Shown here piece after piece: positions 19,411 through 29,562 of a DNA stretch of 64,000 bases. Source of the DNA: Capsulimonadales bacterium (lineage in GTDB: Bacteria; Armatimonadota; Armatimonadia; Armatimonadales; Armatimonadaceae); the NCBI GenBank assembly GCA_033762295.1, contig JANRLW010000043.1, positions 1 to 64,000 on the forward strand, read 5' to 3'. Numbering within the stretch: position 1 is the stretch's first letter; every line of letters begins with the position of its first letter. The notes beneath the pieces were generated by a model. It made no database searches. It saw only the letters and a list, made by a program, of their open reading frames with translations, and had not been told where the DNA came from. The translations under genes were made by a program, and so were the position numbers.

Positions 19411-20922
19411 ATGGCTGATATAATCCTGCCCAAGATGGGCGACGCGATGGAAGAGGGCGTGATCGTCCAGTGGCTGAAGAAAGTGGGCGATCAGGTCGGT
19501 CCCGAGGATGCCGTCGTCGAGATTGAGACCGACAAGTCCAATGTCGAAGTGCCGGCGGGCGCCACCGGCTTTATTCAAAGCATTTCCGCGGAACCCGGTC
19601 AGACGATCCCGGTCGGCCAGGTGATCGCGGTCATCGGCGCGGAGGCTCCCACCGGCGACCGGGCGGCCAATACCGCCCCTGTGGCTCCTGCCGCTCCTGC
19701 CGGGGCGACGCCGAAGTCCGGGGATGCCGAGACGACCGCCGACAAGGCTCCGCCGCAGAACCTTTCCGGCGAGGGCAAGATGGCGGTGGAGACCGCGACC
19801 CCGGCGACCAACGGCGCGGAACCCGCGCCCACCGGAAAACCGGCGGAAGCGCCGCGCACGAAACCCGCTTCGGGCTGGAAACCCTACGATTCCTTTATCG
19901 GCGCGTTACCGGAGAATCTGGGCGGTTCGGCGTCGATTCTCGGTGAACCGATCGAAATGGAAACGGCGGGCGTCGGTGGCGAACGTGTCAAGGCGTCGCC
20001 GCTCGCACGGGCCATGGCTCAGAAAAACAATCTGGACCTGGCGCAGGTCCGGGGGTCCGGTCCCGACGGTAATATCGTCAAGCGGGATATCGAGGCGATG
20101 CTCGCCAACGGGGCGTCCCGCCCCGCTCCGGCGGACGCTTCCGCGAACCTGTCGGGCTACGGTCAGCCGGCCGGTTCGGCTTCGACGCCTGCGCCCGCCA
20201 AAGCCGCGCCCACTCCCGTCGCCGTCGGTGAGGGAGACGAGGTGCAGGAGTACAACGCGATGCGCCGCACCATCGCGAAACGACTCCTCGAATCCAAGAC
20301 GACCATCCCGCACTTCTATGTCTCCGCCGAGATCGATATGGAAGCTCTGCTCGAACTCCGTGAGAAGGTCAATCAGACCGCGGGGGACCGGCAGCCGAAG
20401 GTCTCCGTGAACGACTGCCTGATCAAGGCGGTCGGCGTCGCACTGGCCGAAAACCCCAAGATCAACGCAATCTTCTCCGATAACCGACGTATCCTCCGCA
20501 AAGGCATCCATGTCGGGTTCGGCGTGGCGCTCGAGGACGGTCTGATCGTTCCGGTCGTGCGGAATGCGGACGCCAAAAGCCTGCGGGCGATCGCGAAAGA
20601 GACGAAGCCGTTGATCGAAAAGGCGCGTGCCGGAAAGTTGACGCCTGCCGAATACACCGGGGGAACGTTCACCGTCTCCAATATGGGCGTCCTGCCTGAC
20701 ATCGAGGACTTCGCCGCGATCATCAACCCGGGCGAAGGCGCGATTCTGGCGGTGGCCTCCACCCGACTGGTTCCGGCGGTCGTGGACGGGCAGGTCGTGC
20801 CGCGCAAGCGCATGAAAGTGACGCTGTCGGCGGACCATCGGGTGGTCGATGGCGCGGACGGCGCGAACTTCCTGGTCACACTGAAACGGGTCATCGAAAA
20901 CCCGCTGGACCTGGTGGCGTAG
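19411..20922 (+). CDS. pdhC: dihydrolipoamide acetyltransferase E2
   Basis: One lipoyl domain (ETDKS), PSBD (ASPLAR...GSGPDG), DHRVVDG. Confidence 0.93.
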   Translation: MADIILPKMGDAMEEGVIVQWLKKVGDQVGPEDAVVEIETDKSNVEVPAGATGFIQSISAEPGQTIPVGQVIAVIGAEAPTGDRAANTAPVAPAAPAGATPKSGDAETTADKAPPQNLSGEGKMAVETATPATNGAEPAPTGKPAEAPRTKPASGWKPYDSFIGALPENLGGSASILGEPIEMETAGVGGERVKASPLARAMAQKNNLDLAQVRGSGPDGNIVKRDIEAMLANGASRPAPADASANLSGYGQPAGSASTPAPAKAAPTPVAVGEGDEVQEYNAMRRTIAKRLLESKTTIPHFYVSAEIDMEALLELREKVNQTAGDRQPKVSVNDCLIKAVGVALAENPKINAIFSDNRRILRKGIHVGFGVALEDGLIVPVVRNADAKSLRAIAKETKPLIEKARAGKLTPAEYTGGTFTVSNMGVLPDIEDFAAIINPGEGAILAVASTRLVPAVVDGQVVPRKRMKVTLSADHRVVDGADGANFLVTLKRVIENPLDLVA

Positions 20923-20939
20923 GAGAAAGGGCGAACGTC

Positions 20940-21341
20940 ATGTTGAAGCCCCTGGCAAACAAGCCCGCTTTCGATCCGATCGCTTTTCGGGGACGAACCG
21001 CCGACTGGCGACGGATTGTCGCGAACGCGCCGGTCGGGATGAACCGGGTCGTGGTCGAGTGGAACGTCGGGCGGGGACCGTCGTGTTTCGTCTATCCGGC
21101 GTCGCGCCGCGCCCTGGGCTTCGATCTCTGCGAGGATGGCATTGACCGGGCGAGCGACGAACGCTGGGCGGACTTCCTGGAGTTCGAGTTCGTACCGCAG
21201 GTGGAAGCGACGCTCGCGGGCGACGGATTGAGACCGCAGGTGATCTGTACGGATCAGCGGCCGGTGCAGGTGATGCGTCAGCGTCGCCGGAATCTGGCGG
21301 CGGCGGGCGAGGCGAAAGCCGGTCACCACGCCCACCACTGA
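20940..21341 (+). CDS. hypothetical protein at the end of the pdh operon
   Basis: 133-aa ORF 17 nt after pdhC with purine-rich SD region, before a terminator. Confidence 0.65.
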   Translation: MLKPLANKPAFDPIAFRGRTADWRRIVANAPVGMNRVVVEWNVGRGPSCFVYPASRRALGFDLCEDGIDRASDERWADFLEFEFVPQVEATLAGDGLRPQVICTDQRPVQVMRQRRRNLAAAGEAKAGHHAHH

Positions 21342-21369
21342 CCATCGATGCCGCCATCGATCGAACCTA

Positions 21370-21401
21370 AGGCGTCGCTTCTCGGAGGCGACGCCTGTTT
21401 T
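21370..21401 (+). terminator. intrinsic terminator of the pdh operon
   Basis: AGGCGTCGCTTC-tcg-GAGGCGACGCCT-gtttt. Confidence 0.7.
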
Positions 21402-21511
21402 ATCGCTTGGCCGGACGTAAATTTAACCCTGCCTTAACCTGACGAACGGAAAACTGTGTTAAAACATATCGTTTGCAGGGATGAACCTGACATTTCTCTT
21501 TGGAGACCTCC

Positions 21512-22381
21512 ATGCGAAAAGCCTTTACGCTGATCGAACTGCTCGTTGTTATTGCCATTATCGCCATCCTCGCCGCGATCCTCTTCCCGGTCTTCGCCCA
21601 GGCCCGCGAAAAAGCCCGCCAGACCTCCTGCCTTTCCAACACCAAGCAGATCGGTCTCGCGATTATGATGTACGGTCAGGACTATGACGAAACGGTCTTC
21701 CTGTACCGCACCCGGGTTCGCAACCCGTATGCCGACATCGATCCGGCCCATGTTACCAGCGACGCCGCCGGCCGCACCTTCTTCAACGAACTGCTGCGCC
21801 CGTATGTGAAGAACGACCAGATCTGGGCGTGCCCGTCCAACCCGTCGAGCTGGGTGAATATTCACCGGAATTGCGACCCGGCGGTGGGGGATACGAACCA
21901 GCCGACGGCCCTGCAGGATGGCTGCTCCTACGGCGGACAGAACTCCTACGGCGTCAACCATTATGCGTTCCAGACCACGGCGGCCCCGCTTACCTTTGCC
22001 GGGATGGTTGCTGCGGCGGATACCCTGCTGATGATGGATGGCGGGTACTACAACCTGCTGCCGCGGTTTGTCGACGACAACGGCGCGGACGTCCTTTCCG
22101 GAAATCTGGCCGGTCTGCCGAACTACAACGTGGTCGCCTCCTACGCCGGTTACAAGCACTACTGGACCCAGATCGGTAATGGCCGCTGGACCGATGCGTC
22201 CGATGCCGCAACCGTCGCCGCGTCCAAGACCCGGGGCAAGTCGCGCCACAGCGGTATCATGAACTGCATCTTCGCCGATGGTCATGCCAAGGGCATCAAC
22301 TACGATCGCCTGATCGACGACCTGCAGCGCAATCCGACCAACTCCATCTGGGACCCGTGGAAGGCAGGCGTTCGCCCGTAG
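21512..22381 (+). CDS. prepilin-type/H-X9-DG (DUF1559-type) protein
   Basis: [51 protein letters not shown]. Confidence 0.92.
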   Translation: MRKAFTLIELLVVIAIIAILAAILFPVFAQAREKARQTSCLSNTKQIGLAIMMYGQDYDETVFLYRTRVRNPYADIDPAHVTSDAAGRTFFNELLRPYVKNDQIWACPSNPSSWVNIHRNCDPAVGDTNQPTALQDGCSYGGQNSYGVNHYAFQTTAAPLTFAGMVAAADTLLMMDGGYYNLLPRFVDDNGADVLSGNLAGLPNYNVVASYAGYKHYWTQIGNGRWTDASDAATVAASKTRGKSRHSGIMNCIFADGHAKGINYDRLIDDLQRNPTNSIWDPWKAGVRP

Positions 22382-22406
22382 TCCGGTCGAACGTGGACGA
22401 GGTTCG

Positions 22407-22435
22407 AAGCACGGCTCGCAAGGGCCGTGCTTTTT
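22407..22435 (+). terminator. intrinsic terminator
   Basis: GCACGGCTC-GCAA-GGGCCGTGC-TTTTT. Confidence 0.85.
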
Positions 22436-22551
22436 CGGTTTCAGGCGGGGGAGACGTGGACGAAACGGTACAATAGAGAAGGAAAAGTCCTGTCGAGCGT
22501 TCTTTTCCAATCGGGCGGCGTCGGGCGATAGAGTGCGGGAACTCGGAATTC

Positions 22552-24993
22552 ATGAACGGCAACGACAAACAGGGAATGACGGATGGAACGGACTACGATG
22601 CGCATACGATGCGTGTCCTGGAGTACGCCGAGATACAACGGATGCTGGCGGAACGGGCCGCCTGCTCGCTCGGACAGGAGCGGGCGCGTGAACTGATGCC
22701 GACGCCGCTGACGGCGTTTGCCCGGGAGCGACTGCAGGAGACGACCGAAGCCCGCCGACTCACCGATGAGCATGGTCCGTTTCCGCTCGGAGGGATTTAC
22801 GATGTTCGTCCGTTTCTCGTCCGGGCCGAGGTCGGCCATACTCTGGTCCCGTCCGAACTGCTGAGCATGACATCCACCCTGGGCGGAGCGGCCCGGTTGA
22901 AACAATGGTTGCTCCGGTATGCCGAGAAGGCGCCGCTGCTGGCGGACCGCGCCCGAGGGATCGAGGAGTTTCCTCAGATACACCGGGACGTTGAAATGTG
23001 TATAGGCAGAAACGCCGACGTTCTCGATTCCGCCTCACCCAACCTGGGCCAGATCCGCTCCCGTATCCGTGTCCTCTCCGCCCGAATCACCGAAAAGCTC
23101 AACTCCTTCGTCAACTCCGCCACCTTTCGCCCGATGCTGATGGATGCGGTCATCGTCCTGCGGGACGATCGTCGCTGTCTGGCGGTCCGCGCCGAGTATA
23201 AACGGGCGATTCCGGGGATCGTGCACGACCAGAGCTCGAGCGGCGCGACCGTCTTCATCGAACCGATGGTCGTTGTGGAGACGAATAACGAACTGCGGCA
23301 GGCAGAGGCCAAGGAGCAGCAGGAGATCGAGCGCATTCTCGCCCGCCTGACCCAGGTCGTCGCGAAGTTCGGTACGAAGATTTACGGGACCGTCGAGGTG
23401 GTCGCCGGACTCGATCTGGCGAGCGCGAAGGCGAAGCTGGCCGAGGATATGCAGGCGAGCGAACCGATCTTCAACCAGAACGGGGTCGTCCGTTTACGGG
23501 ATGCGCGTCATCCGTTGATCGATCCCGAGATCGTCGTTCCGATCAACGTCGCGTTCGGCGACGAGGCCAGGGCGCTCCTGATTACCGGACCCAATACGGG
23601 CGGCAAGACGGTCACCCTGAAGACGGTCGGTTTGCTGACACTGATGGGGCTGTCGGGTCTTCACATCCCCGCCGGTTCGGGGTCGGAACTTGCCCACTTC
23701 GACCAGATTTTCGCGGACATCGGCGACGAGCAGAGCATCGCGCAGAGCCTTTCGACGTTCTCTTCCCATATCACGAACATTGTGCGTATCCTGCGGACGG
23801 TCGGTATGCGCGCTCTGGTGCTGCTGGACGAACTCGGGGCGGGAACCGACCCGGCGGAGGGCGCGGCGCTCGCCAAGGCGATCATCTCCTACCTGCTGAA
23901 ACACAACGCGCGGATTATCGCCACCACGCACTACGGCGAACTGAAGGAGTACGCCTACCTGCGCGACCATATCGAAAACGCGGCGGTGGAATTCGACCCG
24001 GAAACGCTGCGTCCGACCTACCGACTGCTCCAGGGAATCCCCGGTTCGTCGAACGCGTTCCATATCGCCCGTCGACTCGGCATCCCGAATCCGGTGGTCG
24101 ATGAAGCCGTCGGTAACCTGGAACGCGCCGATGTCGAAACCGGCGTCGTGATGCAGCGTCTGGAAAAGGCCAAGCGGATCGCCGACGAGGAGCGACGGAA
24201 GGCCGAGCGACTTTCACGCGAAGTCGAGGACCTGAAGCGCAAGTATGAAGCGCGTCTGCACGACCTGGAGGTTCTGCGCCGTGAAGCCAAGCAGCGCGCC
24301 ACCGAAGAGGCTCAACAGGTCATTCGTCAGAAGACCGAGAAGATGAACAACCTTCTGGGCGAACTCCGGCGGCAGGGCAAGGAGAACCGGAAGACGAACG
24401 CCGTACGGAAGAAAATGCGGGAGGCGGCGGACGAACTGATCGGCGGCATCGGGTACGAGCAAGCGCCGATTCAGGTCGAGGACGACTCCCCCGCTCCGAC
24501 CCGCTTGCGGCGCGGCGACAAGGTTCGCGTTCTTTCGCTCGGCGGCATGCAGGGGGAAGTGCTGTCGGATGCCACCGACGAGGATGTGATGGTGCAGGTC
24601 GGCATGATGCGGGTGACCGTACCGCTCAGCCAGTTGCGAAGCGACAAAGGCGATGCGCTGTCCGCGCCCGCATCGACTCCGCCGAAGACCGGGGAGGCGA
24701 TGCGGGGCGGCGGAACGGCCACCATCGCCCGCGAGAAGGCCGAAACGATCAGTCCGGAACTGTCCCTTATCGCCATGCGCGTGGATGCCGCCCTGCCCCG
24801 CCTCGACAAATACCTGGACGATGCCTACGCCGCCGGACTCGATTCGGTAAGGATCATTCACGGTAAGGGAACCGGCCAGTTACGGAAGGCGATCTGGGAT
24901 GTTTTGAAGGGCGACAGTCGGATTCTCGGGTTTCAGACGGCACACCCCGAGGAGGGCGGCGCGGGCGCGACCGTCATTCGGTTGAATGTCTGA
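22552..24993 (+). CDS. mutS2: MutS2 family ATPase with Smr domain
   Basis: ITGPNTGGKT, DIGDEQSIAQSLSTFS, DELGAGTDP, coiled coil, IIHGKGTG, GGAGAT. Confidence 0.95.
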   Translation: MNGNDKQGMTDGTDYDAHTMRVLEYAEIQRMLAERAACSLGQERARELMPTPLTAFARERLQETTEARRLTDEHGPFPLGGIYDVRPFLVRAEVGHTLVPSELLSMTSTLGGAARLKQWLLRYAEKAPLLADRARGIEEFPQIHRDVEMCIGRNADVLDSASPNLGQIRSRIRVLSARITEKLNSFVNSATFRPMLMDAVIVLRDDRRCLAVRAEYKRAIPGIVHDQSSSGATVFIEPMVVVETNNELRQAEAKEQQEIERILARLTQVVAKFGTKIYGTVEVVAGLDLASAKAKLAEDMQASEPIFNQNGVVRLRDARHPLIDPEIVVPINVAFGDEARALLITGPNTGGKTVTLKTVGLLTLMGLSGLHIPAGSGSELAHFDQIFADIGDEQSIAQSLSTFSSHITNIVRILRTVGMRALVLLDELGAGTDPAEGAALAKAIISYLLKHNARIIATTHYGELKEYAYLRDHIENAAVEFDPETLRPTYRLLQGIPGSSNAFHIARRLGIPNPVVDEAVGNLERADVETGVVMQRLEKAKRIADEERRKAERLSREVEDLKRKYEARLHDLEVLRREAKQRATEEAQQVIRQKTEKMNNLLGELRRQGKENRKTNAVRKKMREAADELIGGIGYEQAPIQVEDDSPAPTRLRRGDKVRVLSLGGMQGEVLSDATDEDVMVQVGMMRVTVPLSQLRSDKGDALSAPASTPPKTGEAMRGGGTATIAREKAETISPELSLIAMRVDAALPRLDKYLDDAYAAGLDSVRIIHGKGTGQLRKAIWDVLKGDSRILGFQTAHPEEGGAGATVIRLNV

Positions 24994-25360
24994 GCGACGA
25001 TCCGAACCGATGTCCGAACCGATGAAAACAATCACCTGGGACGATTTCGAGCGTGTCGAACTGCGGGTCGGCACGGTGACGGCGGCGGAACCCTTTCCGG
25101 AGGCGCGAAAGCCGGCGTTTCGTCTGACGATCGACTTCGGGCCCGAGATCGGCGTGAGACAGTCGTCATCCCAGTTGACGCATCTTTACGACCCGGAGAC
25201 TCTCGTCGGGCAGCAGATCATCGCGGTCGTCAATTTTCCGCCGAAACGGATCGGCCCCTTTGTTTCGGAGGTACTGGTGACCGGGTTTGTGACGGAAGAG
25301 GGCGTCGTCACCCTGGCCGTCCCGGAGCGTCCGGTCCCGAACGGCAGTAAGCTGGCATGA
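24986..25360 (+). CDS. csaA: CsaA-type tRNA-binding/export chaperone
   Basis: FPEARKPA, DFGPEIG, VVNFPPKRIG, SEVLVTG; start may be 25010 or 25022. Confidence 0.88.
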   Translation: MSERRSEPMSEPMKTITWDDFERVELRVGTVTAAEPFPEARKPAFRLTIDFGPEIGVRQSSSQLTHLYDPETLVGQQIIAVVNFPPKRIGPFVSEVLVTGFVTEEGVVTLAVPERPVPNGSKLA

Positions 25361-25373
25361 AACGGGCGTGACC

Positions 25374-25766
25374 ATGGAAAACGAGCGTGAACTGATCGAC
25401 AGCGCGAGGGACGTGCGTCGGAACGCCTACGCCCCGTACTCAAACTATCCGGTCGGGGCCGCCTTGCGAACCGACGACGGGCGGGTGTTTTCCGGATGCA
25501 ATGTCGAAAATGCGTCCTACGGCCTGTGCATCTGCGCGGAGCGGACCGCCGTCTTCACCGCCGTGGCCGCCGGAGCGACCACCGTCACGGCCATCGTCGT
25601 CGCGACCGAGGACGGAGGCACACCCTGCGGCGCGTGTCGACAGGTGCTGTCGGAGTTCGCCCCGAAGGACGGTACGCCACTGACGGTTCTCCTTTGCGAT
25701 GCCACCGGAAACATCGTCCGACAAACCACACTCGCGGAACTTTTACCGATGGCGTTCGCCTTGTAA
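25374..25766 (+). CDS. cdd: cytidine deaminase (homotetrameric type)
   Basis: AYAPYS, GCNVENASYG, CAER, PCGACRQ. Confidence 0.95.
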   Translation: MENERELIDSARDVRRNAYAPYSNYPVGAALRTDDGRVFSGCNVENASYGLCICAERTAVFTAVAAGATTVTAIVVATEDGGTPCGACRQVLSEFAPKDGTPLTVLLCDATGNIVRQTTLAELLPMAFAL

Positions 25767-25781
25767 CGCGGAGGGTGTACC

Positions 25782-26963
25782 ATGGCAACCGTCGTACAGT
25801 TCGGCGCGGGCGCGATCGGGCGCGGATTTTTAGGGCAGGTCTGGTCGTCCGGCGGGCGGGAGATCGTATTCGTCGATGTGGACGCAGACCTCTGCCGGCG
25901 ATTGAGCGAGGCCGGCGAATACGGGCTTTCCCTCGTCACCAACCGCACGGAGGAACAACGAACGATCCGACCGGTGCGCGCCCTTCCGACGTCCGATCGG
26001 GAAGCGGTGCTGGCCGCGCTGGCGGAGTGTGAGTTTGCGGCGGTCTCGATCGGTCCGCACGTGACGGAAACGGTCGAGCGTTTCTTTGTCCCCCTGGCGC
26101 TGAATCATTCGGTGTTGCGGTCGTCCCCGCTGAACGTAATCGTTGCCGAGAACGATCCCCATGCGGCGGAAACGCTCACCCGTCTCCTCCGTGAAGGGAT
26201 CGAAGCGGCGGGCGGGAGCGCCGAAAGCCGTGATCGGGTCGTGTTTATTCAGGCGATTATCGGACGCATGGTGCCGCGCCCGGAACCGGGAGCCATCGAC
26301 GTCGTGGCGGAACCGTATCTCTACCTGCCGCTGGAGGCCGGTCGCTGGCAGGGGGATTTCCCTGCCATTCCGTGTATGGTGCAGCAGACCGATTTTCGCA
26401 AGCAGGTCGAGCAAAAGCTGTACGTGCATAACGCCGGTCATGCCGCTCTGGCGTACCTGGGGTATCGGCGCGGACACGAATCCATCCATGAATGCGCGGC
26501 GGACCCGGACGTGGTCGCCGGATTGCGCGGTTTCTGGAGCGAGGTCAATGTCGTTCTCGCAGAGGACGGTCTGCCGGAGGATCACCTGATCGCCTTCGAG
26601 GAGGAACTGATCGAGCGTTTCGGAAACCGGGTGCTGGGAGATACGGTGACACGGGTCGCCCGTGACCCGATACGCAAACTGCACCGGGAGGACCGACTGG
26701 TCTACCCGGCCCTTGCCTACGTCCGCATAACCGGCCAGCCGCCCTCGCAGATCACGAAGGCGATCGCCGCCGCGTTGTCTTTCGACGATCCCGATGACCC
26801 GGCGGCGGTGAAACTGCAGGAACGAATCCGTTCGGTCGGTGTTCGAACGGCGTTTTCCGAGGCCGCGCATTTCGAGGAACCGGACCCCGAAGGGCTTGTC
26901 TCCCTGGTCGAAGAGGCGTACAATGCTCTCAGTTTTCACCCGCCCGAAGCGGAAGGTCGTTAA
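25782..26963 (+). CDS. mannitol-1-phosphate dehydrogenase family protein (MtlD-like)
   Basis: FGAGAIGRGF, AEN, RMVP, KLYVHNAGH, RVARDPIRKL. Confidence 0.85.
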   Translation: MATVVQFGAGAIGRGFLGQVWSSGGREIVFVDVDADLCRRLSEAGEYGLSLVTNRTEEQRTIRPVRALPTSDREAVLAALAECEFAAVSIGPHVTETVERFFVPLALNHSVLRSSPLNVIVAENDPHAAETLTRLLREGIEAAGGSAESRDRVVFIQAIIGRMVPRPEPGAIDVVAEPYLYLPLEAGRWQGDFPAIPCMVQQTDFRKQVEQKLYVHNAGHAALAYLGYRRGHESIHECAADPDVVAGLRGFWSEVNVVLAEDGLPEDHLIAFEEELIERFGNRVLGDTVTRVARDPIRKLHREDRLVYPALAYVRITGQPPSQITKAIAAALSFDDPDDPAAVKLQERIRSVGVRTAFSEAAHFEEPDPEGLVSLVEEAYNALSFHPPEAEGR

Positions 26964-26978
26964 AGGGACCCTGGTTTT

Positions 26979-28004
26979 ATGTCGGTTTTACACAACGAGA
27001 TATTCGAACAGCCGGACGCGCTGAATCGAGCGATCAGAGCGGGGCGTGAGCCTATCTTCCGACTGGTGGCGGAGGCGAAGCGTCGGGACGTGCGTTATCT
27101 GGTGCTGGCGGCACGCGGAACGTCGGACAACGCGGCGACCTACGCCAAATATCTTTTTGAGATCGTTTGCGGGGTGCCGGTGTCTCTCGCCGCGCCGTCC
27201 GTCCATACGCTGTACGAGTCCGAGATTGCCTACCGGGACGCGCTGGTTCTCGGGGTCTCCCAGTCGGGCGCGGGCGCGGACGTGATCGAAGTGGTGACGG
27301 CGGCCCGCAAAAAAGGTGCGCTCACCGCCGCGTTCACCAACACCGAGGATTCCGGACTGGCCCGCGCGGCGGAGCATCCGATCTTCTGTCATGCCGGGGT
27401 CGAAACCGCCGTCGCCGCCACCAAGACGTACACCACGACGCTGGCCCTGTTCGCGCAGCTAGCGGCGGCCTGGTCCGGGCTGGGGGAGTTGACGCGCGGC
27501 ATCGATCGGCTCGAACACGCGGCCGCCGAGACGCTGAACCGTGAGGAGCAGGCGAGCACGCTGGCGCAGACGCTTTTACATGCGGAGCGGATTCTGACCG
27601 TCGCACGCGGCCTGCATCTCTCGACGGCGATCGAAGCCGCTCTCAAAATCGCCGAGACGACCTACACGACGACCCAGGCGTTCTCCTCGGCCGACCTTCA
27701 GCATGGGCCGATCGCGTCGGTAGCGGTGCGGACGCCCTGTCTGTTGTTCATGCCGCGCGGCAAAACGTTCTCGACACTGGCCGAGATGGCCGACAAGCTG
27801 ACCGACCGTGGGGCAAGGGTGCTAAAATTCGCCCCGGAAGGGACGCCCGGAGCGGCGATTCATCTGGGCGATGCGGGAACCGAACTGCTCGCGCCGATTG
27901 TCGACATCATTCCCGCGCAGCTTCTGGCGTTCCATCTGTGTATCGCTCGTGGCCTCGATCCGGATAACCCGCGCGGCCTGACCAAGGTGACCATTACCCG
28001 GTAA
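26979..28004 (+). CDS. SIS-domain sugar-phosphate isomerase/deaminase (GlmS C-terminal-like, no glutaminase domain)
   Basis: EIFEQP, ARGTS, SQSG, VAATKTY, EAALK, HGP, PRGLTKVT. Confidence 0.88.
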   Translation: MSVLHNEIFEQPDALNRAIRAGREPIFRLVAEAKRRDVRYLVLAARGTSDNAATYAKYLFEIVCGVPVSLAAPSVHTLYESEIAYRDALVLGVSQSGAGADVIEVVTAARKKGALTAAFTNTEDSGLARAAEHPIFCHAGVETAVAATKTYTTTLALFAQLAAAWSGLGELTRGIDRLEHAAAETLNREEQASTLAQTLLHAERILTVARGLHLSTAIEAALKIAETTYTTTQAFSSADLQHGPIASVAVRTPCLLFMPRGKTFSTLAEMADKLTDRGARVLKFAPEGTPGAAIHLGDAGTELLAPIVDIIPAQLLAFHLCIARGLDPDNPRGLTKVTITR

Positions 28005-28010
28005 TCGCGT

Positions 28011-29039
28011 ATGAACTCCGGTTTGCCGCCCCAACAACACCTGGTCGCGCCGGGGAAATGGCCCCTGGTCGGCGAAAAACGCCCCGGACCCGGGGGCGAT
28101 TCGTGGATCGTCACTGTGGAAAACGGGGTTCGGAATCCCCTGTCGCTCGATCCGGTCGCCCTGAACGCGCTGCCGCAGACGGAGCGGACCGTCGATATTC
28201 ACTGCGTGACCCGCTGGTCGAAACCGGGAGTGCGGTTCGGTGGCGTCCTGCTGGATGAGATCGTGCGCCGCTGTCAACCCCTGCCCGATAGGGCGTTCGT
28301 TTCGTTCGTCGCCAGAAGTGAGCGTCACCATTCCACCTCGCTGACCCTGGCCGACGCGCTGTCGCTCGGGACGATGGTCGCCCTGCGCGCCGAAGGCGAA
28401 CCGCTGGCCGTGGAGCATGGCGGCCCGGTCCGGATCGTCGTTCCCGAACGCTACTTCTACAAAAGCCTGAAATGGCTGGAGCGGATCGATTTCCTGGCGG
28501 AGGATCGACCGGGGTACTGGGAAGCTGAAGCCGGTTACCACAACCATGCGGACCCCTGGAAGGAGGAGCGTTATATCGCCTCCGACACGCCTCCGCACGT
28601 GCTGCGTAGCGCGTTGCAAACACGAGATTTTTCCGGGCTGAACCTGCGCGGAATCGATGCCCGCCGTCGGGACCTGGCGGGACTGCGCGGAGTGGACGCC
28701 CGGTTGCGTGACAGCCACTTCGAGGGGGCGAAACTCAACGACGCCGACTTCACGGGGGCCAACCTCTCGAACGCTCATTTCGCCGATGCCGACCTGCGAT
28801 CGGCATTGTTTCGCGGCGCGGATGTCGAGGGGGCGGACTTCTCGGGTGCGGACCTGCGCGGTGCCGACTTCACCGGCGCATCGCTGTTCGGCGCGACCTT
28901 CTGCGAAGGCGCAGCGAACGGCGAGTTCCTGCACGCCGTGCGTACGGACGGGACAACCCGATTTTCAGCGGTTTCCCTCGAAAGTCTGGCGATCGTTCAA
29001 CGGGCGCTGATCGAGACGACCGCCCGGATTGACCCATAG
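28011..29039 (+). CDS. sulfite-oxidase-family molybdopterin domain fused to pentapeptide repeats
   Basis: IHCVTRWS, HGGPVR, YKSLKW, GYWE..GYH; then A(D/N)(L/F)xx repeats. Confidence 0.85.
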   Translation: MNSGLPPQQHLVAPGKWPLVGEKRPGPGGDSWIVTVENGVRNPLSLDPVALNALPQTERTVDIHCVTRWSKPGVRFGGVLLDEIVRRCQPLPDRAFVSFVARSERHHSTSLTLADALSLGTMVALRAEGEPLAVEHGGPVRIVVPERYFYKSLKWLERIDFLAEDRPGYWEAEAGYHNHADPWKEERYIASDTPPHVLRSALQTRDFSGLNLRGIDARRRDLAGLRGVDARLRDSHFEGAKLNDADFTGANLSNAHFADADLRSALFRGADVEGADFSGADLRGADFTGASLFGATFCEGAANGEFLHAVRTDGTTRFSAVSLESLAIVQRALIETTARIDP

Positions 29040-29519
29040 CAGGCGCAGACCGAGAAGCGTCAGGGCGGGCATCACGACGCAGACCGGGAACCAGACCGGG
29101 CCATACCAGGTGATCGGAATCAGAAAGTAGACATCGATGGCGTTTAGCGACCGCGGAAAGTCAATAAACACTTTCAGAAACAGATAGTACGTCAGATCCC
29201 AGACCGCAAAGGTCAGCCAGAAAATCCCCCACCGCTCGCGCCAGGACGTGCCTGCCGCCATCGCCGCCCCGACCAGAAGGAGGATGGTCGCCGCCTCGCG
29301 GGCGATCTCCAGCGGCAGCAGTTGCCGTTCCCGGAACAGGCGGGTGAACGCCCCCGAATCGAGCGACATTCCCCGGGCGGCGAAAAGTTGCGCGTAGTCC
29401 AGTCCATCCTCCCATCCGAGCAGATGTCGGACATTGACGACCAGGGCCGCCTCGGTCATGCCGAACGCGGTCGCGAAGACGATCCACCAGATAATTCTTT
29501 TCAAAGTACTCTGTTGCAC
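28965..29519 (-). CDS. hypothetical membrane protein
   Basis: Several TM segments, EIAREAAT, WDLTYY, FLIP..W.GPV; 3' end overlaps the convergent gene by 75 nt; TATAAT 5 nt before GTG. Confidence 0.75.
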   Translation of the reverse strand: MQQSTLKRIIWWIVFATAFGMTEAALVVNVRHLLGWEDGLDYAQLFAARGMSLDSGAFTRLFRERQLLPLEIAREAATILLLVGAAMAAGTSWRERWGIFWLTFAVWDLTYYLFLKVFIDFPRSLNAIDVYFLIPITWYGPVWFPVCVVMPALTLLGLRLLWVNPGGRLDQRPLNDRQTFEGNR

Positions 29520-29562
29520 AGAGTATTATAGGACGCTTTTTCGGTATCGACCACCGAAAAGG

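Noticed and set aside
11168..22381. Near-identical 5' ends of the two pilin-like genes as a repeat or recombination cassette
   Set aside because: Explained by the conserved prepilin N-terminus; no recombinase or flanking repeats seen.
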